This document shows positions 40,358 through 53,054 of a stretch of 64,000 nt of DNA, piece by piece (the first letter of the stretch is position 1; the number at the start of each line of letters is the position of its first letter). A model generated the notes under the pieces. It did no database searches, was not told the DNA's origin, and worked only from the letters and a program-made list of their open reading frames with translations. The stretch is from Octopus sinensis (lineage: Eukaryota): the NCBI RefSeq assembly GCF_006345805.1, contig NC_043004.1, positions 55,366,001 through 55,430,000 of the forward strand. The letters run 5' to 3'. A program made the translations under genes and the position numbers.

Positions 40358-40360
<3 letters not shown>
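35361..40360. repeat. Tandem array of a ~540-546-bp unit (about 9 units) with orientation switch at 37174
   Basis: cattatataaaagggc starts at 35361, 35904, 36446 and 36986; its reverse complement ends at 37543, 38086, 38629, 39171, 39717 and 40262. Both ends run into (TA)n; units differ mainly by 1-nt indels. Confidence 0.97.
37290..37360 (+). ncRNA. Hammerhead-like motif of the 545-bp unit. Plus copies also at 37834, 38379, 38919, 39464, 40009; minus copies at 35544-35614, 36085-36155, 36628-36697
   Basis: AAGG aatttc CGAG CCGATGA [25 nt] GAAAC GTAC GTT CTCG aataa CCTT: stem I CGAG/CTCG plus AAGG/CCTT, self-complementary stem III, GUU triplet. Core has C instead of U4 and stem II is weak. 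Confidence 0.6.
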
Positions 40361-40389
<29 letters not shown>

Positions 40390-40470
40390 CTTTGATACTT
40401 TGATAGGTTTCGGCCATTATTGGCCCAGGCCATGTCTAACTTAATAGCACCACCTATATATATATATATA

Positions 40471-40700
40471 CTTTATTCAAAAGCAGCAGAAAATTCAACA
40501 AAACCTGTTACTCTGAGTTTCACGTTCCCGTTCGTCGGACAGTTTTTTTGCTAGCAAAACTGTCCGACGAACGCGAACGTGAAACTCAGAGTAACAGGTT
40601 TTGTTGAATTTTCTGCTGCTTTTAAATAAAGCATATTACTCTACCACTGGTATTTGAGTACTCTTTTTTCCACCTTGTTTCACATTTATGTGTTTACTCC

Positions 40701-40702
<2 letters not shown>
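40471..40702. repeat. Repeat family B: hairpin carrying two opposed hammerhead-like motifs (40505-40542 minus, 40560-40597 plus)
   Basis: CTGT CCGACGA ACG-nnAA-CGT GAAAC TCAGA GTA ACAG on each arm; related copies 53657-53962 and 58952-59179. Confidence 0.8.
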
Positions 40703-40753
<51 letters not shown>

Positions 40754-40846
40754 ATATATATATATATTAATAATAATATTAGGGAATAAATCCAAATTTA
40801 CAGGGAAAAATCAGATTTAGGATTAAATCGATTTATAGTAAAATAT

Positions 40847-41008
40847 TATAAAATATTATTCGAGACAAAACCACTATTTTGCAAAACAAACAAGGAAAGA
40901 CTTAATCAATACATAAATTTTAATAAATTGACTATTTATTAAATTTTTGTATTGATTAAGTCTTTCCTTGTTTTTTGCAAAATGGTTTTGTCTCGAATAA
41001 TATTTTAT
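40847..41008. repeat. AT-rich hairpin with ~80-bp arms
   Basis: aatattattcgagacaaaacc...caaggaaagacttaatcaatac / gtattgattaagtctttccttg...ggttttgtctcgaataatatt. Confidence 0.85.
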
Positions 41009-41014
41009 ATATAT

Positions 41015-41081
<67 letters not shown>

Positions 41082-41204
41082 GCATATATATATATACATA
41101 TATATACACATACACACACATATATATATACACAATATATATATATACATATATATATATATGCATATATATATACGTATATATATGTATATATATATAT
41201 ATAC

Positions 41205-41270
<66 letters not shown>

Positions 41271-41789
41271 TAATATATATATTATATATATATATATATA
41301 TATAACACACATATATATATTATATATGAACTTTAGGTTAGCTAAAATATGTTTGGAACATATTTCAATTTCTAAAGACAGATTCACTATAGTTACCATA
41401 TAGGAAAATTTCTCGCTTGTGGTAAAATCGAAAACTTTTTTTCTCCACGGTAGCTGCAGTCAATCTTTATTTAGTTGAAATATGTCACAATATATTTTAA
41501 CTAACCTAAAGTTTGTTTATTTTACATCACTGTTTTGCGCTGTTTCAAATATCTAGTCTTTTCATTCTATGAATGTGTAACGATACTCCAGACTAGAATT
41601 AATAAGGGAAGTTAGTTTTTTAAAGCCCCCACTGAACAGGCTATAAAAAAAAAACACGATTCTCCTTTTCCTTAGAATCCACTATTGTACAATGTCTACT
41701 TGGGGTCGTTCTGAAAAAAAAAATATGTAGCAGCAATCATTTATTTTATTTACTTTATCTTCCTTTCTCTACATTTTTCTTCTTTTATT

Positions 41790-42180
41790 TTGTTACTTGT
41801 TTTAGTCATTTTGACTGCGGCCATGCTGGAGCACCGCCTTTTGTCGAGCAAATTGACCCCAGGACTTATTTTTTGTCAGCCTAGTATTTATTCTATCGGT
41901 CACTTTTGCTAAACCGCTAAATTACGGGGACTTAAACACACCAACATCAGTTGTCAAGCGTTGTTGTGAGGACAAACATAGACACACAAACATATACACA
42001 TGCATATATATATATATGTATACATTTACGACGGCTTCTTTCAGTTTCCATCTACCAAATCCTCTCAATAGGTTTTGTTCGGCCCGTGGCTATAGCAGAA
42101 GACACTTGTCCAAGGTGCCACGCAGTAGAACAGAACCCGAGACCAAGTGGTTGGTAAGCAAGCTACTTACCACACAGCGC
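41790..42180 (-). mobile_element. tRNA-derived SINE, second family (copies 49182-49835 plus, 51540-51750, 55155-55580 minus)
   Basis: Head ggcgcaggagtggctgtgtggtaagtagcttgct...gggttcaatccc (clearest at 49182); shared body ggtagacggaaactgaaag and cagcatggccgcagtcaaat. Confidence 0.8.
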
Positions 42181-42346
42181 CTATTAACAAAGAAGGGATA
42201 TGTTTTAACATGTCCTATGGAAGGGAACTAACACTACTTGATAACATTATTCTTCGATAGAATAATATTCATACCTCTCTTTACGAGCTGTCATATGATA
42301 TCTTCTATGAAGAAACGCTTTCATGTAACCTTTCTGGTTCAACTGT

Positions 42347-42734
42347 GGAGGCGCAATGGCCCAGTGGTTAGGGCAGCGGACTCGCGGTCGTAGGATCGCG
42401 GTTTCGATTCCCAGACCGGGCGTTGTGAATGTTTATTGAGCGAAAACACCTAAAGCTCCACGAGGCTCCGGCAGGGGATGGTGGTGATCCCTGGTGTACT
42501 CTTTCACCACAACTTTCTCTCATTCTTACTTCCTGTTTCTGTTGTACCAGTATTTCAAAGGGCCGGCCTTGTCACTCTCTGTGTCACGCTGAATATCCCC
42601 GAGAACTACGTTAAGGGTGCACGTGTCTGTGGAATGCTCAGCCACTTACACGTTAATTTCACGAGCAGGCTGTTCCGTTGATCGGATCAACCGGAACCCT
42701 CGTCGTCGTAACCGACGGAGTGCTTCCATCCATC
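42347..42734 (+). mobile_element. Full-length tRNA-derived SINE with 55-bp target-site duplication
   Basis: ggaggcgcaatggcccagtggttagggcagcggactcgcgg...ggtttcgattccc head and (tcca)n tail; 42292-42346 identical to 42735-42789. Confidence 0.9.
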
Positions 42735-43175
42735 CATATGATATCTTCTATGAAGAAACGCTTTCATGTAACCTTTCTGGTTCAACTGTCGCATAAGCTT
42801 GATACATGAATGCTATCAATCAATTTGTATCTTCTGAGTCACATTCCCACTCTGAAAACAAAGTATTTTTTTTATAACAAACGCCAGAATAAACATAATT
42901 CGCGATACAGTTTCGTATACTACGCACTTTGAAGATCTAATGTGAAACCGATAAAGTGTATTCCTATATTTTTAAAAATGAAGTGTACTAAAAAAATTAT
43001 CCGATCTTAATATTAAAAAGCTCGCCATTTTGATTTAGCCTCCTTCAAAGTATCCACCTTAAGAGTCTAAACATTTCTGCTAGCGTTCCTGCCACTGCTG
43101 GAAATCACATTTTGAGATGATGTAGAACTGTACCATCGAGTTTTACTTCATGTCCTCTGTTGACCCAATCTTCTC

Positions 43176-43224
<49 letters not shown>

Positions 43225-43257
43225 TATCTATATATATACATATTCATATATATATAA

Positions 43258-43370
<113 letters not shown>

Positions 43371-43476
43371 ATATTCATATATATATATATATTCATATAT
43401 TATATATATATATATATGTGTGTGTGTATACATATATATATTCATATATATATATATATATATTATATAATATATA

Positions 43477-43528
<52 letters not shown>

Positions 43529-43544
43529 TATATATATTCATATA

Positions 43545-46500
43545 CGGGGGGCGTTCAATAAGTAATGCCCCTGACCCACTTCCCATAGCAGTAGAGCAAC
43601 GAAACTTGGCACAGTTATTAGTCTTTTCCTACATAGGAACTACCTAGAGTTATGCATTTCTCCCATCATTTGATACAGCTCTGGAGACCGTTTTTGTAGA
43701 AGACCCCAGCTTGGTCCTCCAACCACGATGTGACTTCAGAAATCAAGGCTGCATCATTTGGGAAACGCTTTCCTTTCAAAATCAACTTCATGGCTGGGAA
43801 GAGGTGAAAATCAGAGAGTGCAAGGGGAGGAGTTCATAGCTGCACGCCTGTGCTTCTGATCTGGCGACACGCGAGTTGTGGACCGGAGCGTTGTCCTGCA
43901 GGAGGAGGATGCCTCTGCTGATCTTGCCCCGCCTCTTGATTTTGATAGCTTCTCTTAATTTCCTCAAAAGTGAAGCATAATAGGCTCCTGTAATTGTGGT
44001 ACCCTTTGCCAGGAAATCTGTCATCATTACTCCGTCCTGGTCCCAGAAGACTGTGAGCATAACCTTGTCAGCGGAGGGCTGCACCCTTGCCTTCTTTGGA
44101 GGAGGTGAGTCACGGTGCTTTCACTGCACTGACTGGGCTTTGGTCTATGGATCATAGTGATGGACCCAGGTTTTATCCTGTGTGATCAGCCTTTTGAAAA
44201 ATTTTGACTCATCTTCTTGGCACATCTCCAAATTCATCCTCGAGCACTCAACGCGTTCTTGCTTCTGGAAAGGTGTGAGCAACCTGGAAATCCATCTGGC
44301 AGACACCTTTTGCATATGCAAATGGTCATGAATGATAGTTTCCACAGACCCGGTACTAATCTTGATCTTATGGGCTATTTGGCGAATAGTTATGCGTTGA
44401 CCTTCCAAAATGGCAGCCTCAAATTGACGGACAGACGTCTCATCAACGGCAGAAGGGGGCGACCAGATCTGGGAGCTGTTTCCACAGAGTTCCGACTATG
44501 TTTGAATTCACAATGCCAGCGTTTTACAAGTCATATGATGGGGCACCATCACCATAAGTTACTTTCATTTCATCAAAAGTCTCCCGTGGTGTGCGTCCTT
44601 TCAAATACAAAAACCAGATCGACACTCAACAGGCTCGACACTCAACAGGCTCCATTTCACACTTGACTCAGTTCAAACACCTGTAAATTAGAAACCACAA
44701 TTAGGGAACAAAATCGAAGCGGCCAAAGAAGGCGAAGGAACCGGCGGTCGTTTCTGCACATGATCGTTCCTGTGCGGATTCTTCCTCATCTGCCTTTTCG
44801 GTTCCGGAGGTTCCCCAACCTAATTTGAGGAGCGTAGACTCAAACCCACCTGAAGACCGTTGTTCTCCCCAAAAGAAGAAACGTAGTCAAAACTCCAGAG
44901 GGGCAGATTTGGCTATGAAACCTGATCACGATAAAATCCGTTTGGATTCTCCCTCACCTGTCCTTCCCACTAATGCCATTGCTCAACCAATTCTGAACGA
45001 TCTCGATGTGAGTTCATCTGGGGAGTGGCGCTCCCCCAAACCGAAGAAGAGGCAGTGCAGTTCCAAACCAGGCGGAAAATTATGACCACTAAACCCATTC
45101 CGATCGACCCCACAGGCCGACATAAGTCCGATGGCTATGAAACCACCCTTTCGAAATCCTCCAATGAAGAATCGAATACCACAGCTCATAGTAGAGAACA
45201 TTTTGCCCACTCAAGATCAGCAATAATTTACGGTAAAGCTGAATCCACCCGTGATACAGGCATAAACCGCCTAAAAGATGACATTAATTTTGTTTCCATT
45301 TTGGTTGGAGAATTGTTCTCCGTGAACGAAAAGGTCAGTGTCCTTAAGGTCCCTCGGCTAGGAAGATTCCAAGCGAACCCAACCGCAGATACTAGACCAC
45401 GCCCAATAAGGGTAATCTTTTCTTCTGATCGGGAGGCTTCAGTCTTTCTGAACAGAGCTCAGACGCATGCCTGGGAGGACCCCAATATGGGTTTTCGCGA
45501 GGAATACTCACTAAGAGAGAGAATTCGCCGGAGAAACCTGATATCCGAACTAAAGATGAGGAAACAAATGGGAGAGAAGTGTTTACGAATCCAAGATGGA
45601 CAGATAATCAAGTCCTACCTCTGGTCCCATGCTGTAGTGCTGACAGGGAAAGTGATGTGAGGGCAAATCGAAGTGAAGTTGATACCCCCGTCAACGATGC
45701 TATCTCTGATACCCCTTATTCTGCTTGCTCCCCAACTCCCGCCCCTCAGACTTCACAGCTCAGCATCGTCTACACCAACTCGTGCTCCTTATTCCCAAAG
45801 TTCAGTGAACTATTTACACTGGCCATGCGTGACTCCCCTGATGTGATAGCTATCACCGAGACTTGGCTGACTCCAGCAGTAAAAGACTCAGAAATCCACC
45901 TGCAGGGCTACGTCCTTTTCAGATGTGACAGAGGAAAAAGGCGAGGTGGAGGTGTTGCTGTGTATGTTAAGTCTGAGCACAAACCGTCCAGCGGTATTCT
46001 ACCCACTAATGCTCAGCCTACAACAAAATTCGATGCCGTCTATTGCAAGCTGAGCCTATCTGAGTTTTGCCTGCCCGTGTTGGCTGTCTACAAGGCCGCC
46101 TCTTGTGCGACCCCCAGGACGATGCTCATTTACCTCGAAGCGATAAGATTCGTTTCAGTTTCGCATGACTGTTTGGTACTAGGAGACTTCAACGCTCCCA
46201 CGATCGATTGGCCCGCATCAATTTGTACAACATCTTCCCGGTTCAAAGCATATGTAATCTGTTTGACTGACCAGGCAGTTCCCGTTGGGCTCCCCAAGAG
46301 GAAGAAACACAAGCCCTGGGTGACGAAGAGGGTTAAACGAGAACGTCGACTCAGAGATATTGCTTGGGCTGAATTCAAAAATCTGGATTCGACTGCAGCT
46401 TTTGAGGTGTACAAAACTCAACGAGACCGAGCCGTGAAAATTGAAAAGAAAGAACGCTTCAGTTACGAATACAAAATCGCGGCAAATGCCAGTAGCAATG

Positions 46501-48380
46501 CAAAAACCTTCTTTGCCCATGTCCAGCGGAATTCCCGCTTGAACAACCAGATTGCAACGTTGGTAGACTCAAAAGGCGTATCGATTGAGGACCCTTATCA
46601 ACAGAGTCAATTATTTGCCGAGGCTTTTTCAACTATTTTCAACCAAGATGATGGTCGTGAACCCCCTCCATTTGATAGATCGTTACCTCCAATGCTTCGA
46701 TTGGTCCATCACGCGGGACGAAGTCAAACGTGTTATTCAAGGCCTCGATGTCAACAAGGTCACGGCCTGACGGCATACACCCACGGGTTATAAAAGCGTT
46801 GGCTCCGGTCATCTGCGAGCCCTTAACACGACTATTCAATATGTCATTGGCGAGGGTGTTATACCTGCAGACTGGAGAACAGCGATAATCTGCCCTATTT
46901 TCAAGAAAGGGAGCCGCGAAAACCCGCTTAACTACCGACCGGTTTCCCTTACAAGATGTTCGAAACCATCCTTAAGAAAGTATGATGCTCCACCTCCTAA
47001 ACCAGCCTCTATCTCTGATTCCCACACACCGCTTCGCCGAAGAGATCATGCTTGACCACCTACTAGTAATGGAAGAATTGGGTGACGCGCATCCTCGATG
47101 ATAGTGATGCTGTTGACATCGTTTTACTGGACTTTGCCAAAGCTTTTGACTCGGTAAACCACCGCCTATTGCTTGTCAAGCTTCAAGCATATAGTTTCCA
47201 TCCGGATGGTTGGGTGCCTTCCTCTCAGATCGCTCCTTCCAGTCCAAGTTAATGGTTCGCGGTCCGACGTCTCCCGTGCGCGCAGTGGCGTGCCTCAAGG
47301 TTCAGTGCTTGTGCCCTTGTTGTTCTTAGTCTTCATAAATGACTTGCCCGACGACCTCACGCAACACACCCTTCTATTTGCCGACGATATCAAACTGGTC
47401 GCTCCTCGCGGTAATATAGAGGATCTTCGTCGATGCTTCCACCAAATTTGGAAGTGGTCTAACAATTGGGACCTGTGTCTGAACGTGTCAAAGTGCTGTC
47501 ATCTGCCTGTCGGCTCTACTCCTGCAACTCAACTTGATTTCGAGCCGGGTCGTCTGCTGCTGGAGAGGACCGATCAGGTAAAGGACCTATGTATCTTGGT
47601 GGATTCCTCCTTTTCGCCTTCGGCCCAGTGCGTCCATGCTGCCAACAAAGCACGCGGAATTCTGTTCTTGATTCGACGGTCATTCGGAATGCTCACAGCA
47701 GCCATATTCCTACCACTCTATGTCACGCTGGTGAGACCCATATTGGAGTACGGGATTCAAGCCTCTTCTCCTTATCTCCTCAAAGACATACAGCATCTCG
47801 AAAGAGTCCAGAAGCTGGCTACCCGCATGGTTCATGGTCTCAAAATTTGTCCTACGAAGAAAGGCTGAGGACGCTCGACCTTTATTCTCTTGAAAACGCC
47901 GCCCGTGGTGATCTCATTCTCGCCCACAACATCATAAGCGGAAAGTGTAACCTCTCGAAAGAGCTGTTCTTCACTCCTGCTCCAGAGCGTCGGCTGCGGG
48001 GTCATTCCGAAAAGCTCTACCTGCGACGATTTCATCTCAATCGAAGGAGAGGAGCTTTCTCTCCGTCCGGGTTGCGGATCCGTGGAACAGCTGCCAGACG
48101 AGATGGTGAAGATGCCGACGACCGCTTTGTTCAAAAGCCTCCCTTGACCTCAAGTGGCCTGACTCTTTACATGAACACCACTGTGTACTTAACTCCATGT
48201 TCCCCTACATGGCCTTGCTATTGCTTTTGAGCCAATTAACTAACTACTAACTAGCTCAGAGCTGTAATTCGCCACTTAATCTATAGAGGTATAAATAAGT
48301 GCACATGCAAAATTTCAGCTAGATCAAACAACTGCAAGTGGGTCAAGTGGGTCAGGGGCATTACTTATTGAACGCCCCTC

Positions 48381-48381
<1 letters not shown>
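43545..48381 (-). mobile_element. Mariner DNA transposon (37-bp TIRs, TA flanks) with frameshifted transposase at ~43629-44655, interrupted by a LINE
   Basis: TIRs 43545-43581 and 48345-48381 differ at one base. Transposase motifs ITQDKTWVHHYDP, KVMLTVFWDQDGV and LLQDNAPVH. Confidence 0.93.
44705..48254 (+). mobile_element. CR1/L2-like LINE (ORF1, AP endonuclease, RT), frameshifted and internally deleted
   Basis: ORF1 RLGRF...RPRPIRVIF. Endonuclease YTNSCSL, IAITETWL, RCDRGKRRGGGVAVYV, LGDFNAP. RT FLDFAKAFDSVNH (manual), GVPQGSVL, LFADDIKL, RGHSEKL. (aact)-like tail. Confidence 0.9.
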
Positions 48382-48425
<44 letters not shown>

Positions 48426-48461
48426 AGAGAGAGAGAGAGAGCGAGAGAGAGAGAGAGAGAG

Positions 48462-48800
48462 ATGATGATGATGAGGAGGAGGAGGAGGAGAAAACTCACT
48501 TCGGTCACGAAGACCTCGAGATTGCTTCTAGAAAGTTCTCCTCCGAGGCACGAGTCTGAGAAAGGTTGTTTGGGAAGACCTGCAGTGGACAATACATCTC
48601 CATGCGACCAATGTTGTCCAAGGGAAAGGCAAAGGCTAATGCAGCTTGGCACCGATGACGTCGCAACTCATTTCTACAGCTGAGAGAACTGGAGCAACCT
48701 GAAATAAAGTGTTTTGCTCAAGAACACAAGAGACGATCACGTCCGGGAATCGAACTCACAACCTCACGGTGTAAGTTAGAACCCGACGCTCTTACAACTG
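48462..48800 (-). mobile_element. tRNA-derived SINE with (CAT/CCT) tail
   Basis: Minus-strand gtgagttcgattcccgg B-box, body cttgagcaaaacactttatttc, simple-repeat tail. Confidence 0.6.
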
Positions 48801-48949
48801 ACCCATGGACCTTAGTTCGTGTGCGCGCACACATACACACACGAATAGAGACAGATCAACACACACACACACACACATATATATTTATATATACATGCAT
48901 ACAAACACACAGGTATATGTATACACACATACATGGTTTCAGATACTCG

Positions 48950-49024
<75 letters not shown>

Positions 49025-49556
49025 GTATTAGTATTGGAACTAAGAGGAATATAAAAGTTTTAAACCATTTAATGTTGAGAAACGATGGTCATCAAACGTA
49101 TCTTACGACAATTGGCAATACATTTTAGATCAGAATGTGTTTGTCAGGTTTTATGAAAAAATAATAGATAACTAATAGTAGAGGCGCAGGAGTGGCTGTG
49201 TGGTAAGTAGCTTGCTTACTAACCACACGGTTCCGGGTTCAATCCCACTGTGTGGCACCGTGGGCAAGTGCCTTCTACTTTAGCCGCGGGCCGACCAAAG
49301 CCTAGTGAGTAGATTTGGTAGACGGAAACTGAAAGGAGCCCATCGTATATATACATATATATATATATATGTATATGTATGCATATATATGTATATGTTT
49401 GTGCGTCTGTGTTTGTCCTCCAGCATTGCTTGACAACCGATGCTGGTGTGTTTTGTCCCCGTAGCTTAGCGGTTCGGCAAAAGTAACCGATAGAATAAAT
49501 ACTAGACCAAAGCCTAGTGAGTAGATTTGGTAGACGGAAAGTGAAAGGGGCCCATC

Positions 49557-49615
<59 letters not shown>

Positions 49616-51847
49616 TGTATGCATATATATGTATATGTTTGTGCGTCTGTGTTTGTCCTCCAGCATTGCTTGACAACCGATGCTGGTGTGTTTATGTCCC
49701 CGTAGCTTAGCAGTTCGGCAAAAGTAATCGATAGAATAAATACTAGGCTTACAAAGAATAAGTTCTGGGGTCGATTTGCTCGACTAAATACTGTGCTCCA
49801 GCATGGCCGCAGTCAAATAACTGAGATGAATAAAAGAAAAAAAAAAACTTGGGGAAATGAATCTGGCGATGATATTAAGGCAGAATTTGTGTAAAATTAA
49901 TGGAAGTTAAAATTATTTAGAGGTAGGAAAATTTCAGGTTGTGAAGTACGAACGTTTGTAATAAATACGATAATTTTACGACGCATATTCTTTTGAAATG
50001 AGCTGAAACATAGAAAATTGATAGGAAACATAAAATAGACTGTTAGAGAGCGAACAACAGTTTTCCTAAGACAGAAAGCGAGAAAGAGTGAGTGTAAAAG
50101 CTTTGTATATTTGACACTGATTGTCATGGCCTACCTACTCAAGTGTATCTCAAACCGAATTTGTTTCCTCATAACTTTCAGATGGTGTCGATTACTGTTA
50201 TATCGGAATTTGTTGTTAAAACATTTCCAGAAGCGGGGTAGAGGATAATGTACATGAGTACTTCGAAGAAATTGTGATGCTTGTCAGAATGTAAACGTGC
50301 ACCCACTACAGCATTTTTTTTTAAACACTAAATTTTGATATAATCTTTATCTACACCTTCTGAAAGGTATTCGTAGAAATTTTCATAAAAAATAACCATA
50401 TTTCTGGAAATTATGAGTAGATGAATTAGTGGGGGTATACTTGTGTAGGTGATCTCTCAATACTAAGATGGAATCAGATTAAAAGCGTTCAGTGGTTGGA
50501 GAAGAATAGATAAGAAAAGCTATATAACAAAATAGATAAATACTGACATAACGAAGCGATTCATAAGTAAGCAGTAAGCTTATTTAAACGTTTACTGATG
50601 AAGAAAATATTTTCGAATGTCTCGTACAAAGTTCAATGAAAAGTTATTATGGTTATGTTTCAAAACCCGCTAATTTCCGCCCAAATTATAAACTTAAAGG
50701 ATCACATTACTATTGATGTCGTTGGTTACCTCGCAACCTAAGTCAGGTATTTTTTTCGGGAGGTGGGTCACATGAGTCTTGGATCATCACCAGACGGCCC
50801 GCACTACTAAAATTGTTCAAGTTATTCGTTAGGCATGCTTTTCAGAAAGTTCCGTGCACTGCGGTTGGCCCGTAATTGGACTAAGATATAATTAAAAAAA
50901 AAAATAACCAACCAAATAAAATCCCCAAAACCGAAACAAACAAACAAACAAACCAAAAATGAGATTTTCTGATAAAGACTGTGATTAACAGTTATTGTTA
51001 AAGCTTAATTTGTAAACGAAATGGTGAAATATGAAAAACATCGTAATCAAAGTAAAAATATAATGGACGTACCAGTTAGGTTGACGATTCAGAATATGTT
51101 ACAATAATGGAGAGTAAACATATTCGACAAACTACTTCTACTGCTAGTAATAGTAGTAGTATTAGTAATTATAGTAACAATAGCAGCAGCAGTAGGGTTA
51201 GTGCTTCAATAGTTGTAATCCCAAAGGAGCTAATTTAAATTACAGACGGATATAGTAGCGAAAATATGGTCAAAATTGACTTACACATACTTATGTGGGC
51301 GTCGTGTGACAATTGACAAGTACTAATATGTAAGTAATTATGTAAAATTCACAATACCAACAGAAAGAAGGAAATCGAGAGGAACAGACACAGGGAGAAA
51401 AACAGAGAACCGCGAAGCACTTAAGTAAAAGACGCTAAATAAATAAAAGCAATGCTTAAAAAAAAAAAGAAACTCAAAGAAACAGGAATTACTCATTAAA
51501 TATCCAGAAAATAAAACAAAAACAAAAGTCTTTATTTTTTGTCCTTTATTTATTTCAGTCATTGGACTGCGGCTGTGCTGGGGCACCGCTTTGAAGGGTT
51601 TTATTCAAACGAATCGACCCCTGTACTTATTTTTTAAAGTTTGGTAAGTATTTTATCGGTCCATTATGCCGAGCTGGGAAGTTACGGCAACATAAACAGG
51701 CAACACAGGTTGTCAATCGATGAGGAGGAGCGCGCAGCACAAACCGCAAGACACACACATTAATATGTACTAACATGCATACATAATACATACATACATA
51801 TATACATATATACATACATACATACATACATGCATACAAACACACAT

Positions 51848-51912
<65 letters not shown>

Positions 51913-52305
51913 CATACACATACATACCGCACCCCACACATGAAGAAAATGGAGTTTGTGAAGATAACAAGTGTGTATTACCAACAACAAATCGAACATT
52001 ACCTCTTCCAGCTGTCTCAATTATTAAATTCATATTTCTGAGGGGAACAAAAAATATACCCTTAAATGTTTTATGTTTGTTTATGGATTCATTATAGCAG
52101 ACTGAATGATACTATTTCTGGTTTGTACTTTTATGTGTTAAGGCGAAGAGTTTACAGGTTGGTTGGAGGTAAGATAGAGTAGGTAGATAGAATTATAGTG
52201 ACAGAAGAATAAATTAAATAGAGATAGTCGGGGACTTTCAATATAAATAAGGTAGGACGTAAAGTACATTTATAAGTTGTAAATAAAGTATATACAGGGC
52301 ACACG

Positions 52306-52362
<57 letters not shown>

Positions 52363-52552
52363 ATCCAAACAAGAAAACACAAAAAAAAAACCCACAACAA
52401 CGCGAGGACGTGGAACAAGTATAGTATTATTGGACGCTCAGGAAAGAAGGGAAGACGGAGGGTTTAACGTTTCGACCGAGCTCTTCGTCGGAAACATAGG
52501 AGAAGGAGAGATCCCGAGAAGGGAAGACAGAGGAAAAAAAATCGCCAACGGT

Positions 52553-52599
<47 letters not shown>

Positions 52600-52617
52600 C
52601 ATATATATATATATAAT

Positions 52618-52685
<68 letters not shown>

Positions 52686-53015
52686 TAGATAGATAGATAG
52701 ATATACACAAATGCATATACTCACACATAAACATGCATATACGCACATGTACATGTATACACATACGCAACCGCACGTCTATGCATACACAACCCTCCCA
52801 TATATATATATAGGCACACACCTACCCCTGTACGAACACATACGTATGTACCCATACACTCAGACTTACACCCATTCACATAGGTAGATGCACATACACA
52901 CATGCACACGCACTTATAGATAAATAGATACATACATTTATATATATATTTATAAATTCCTATATTTACATAATATAGAGGTTTCATTCATTCTTTTGTT
53001 GTCACATTATTATTA

Positions 53016-53054
<39 letters not shown>

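Noticed and set aside
35361-40360. CRISPR-like or rDNA/snRNA tandem array
   Set aside because: Units are identical throughout with no unique spacers, and I recognise no 5S, U-snRNA or spliced-leader sequence.
42347-42420. tRNA gene (TCG anticodon-like loop)
   Set aside because: It continues into a 300-bp SINE body with a tail and TSD, so it is a SINE head. The same applies to 49182 and 22863.
49293-49745. ~240-bp tandem duplication inside a SINE
   Set aside because: An ordinary internal duplication around a (TA)n tract; no further structure.
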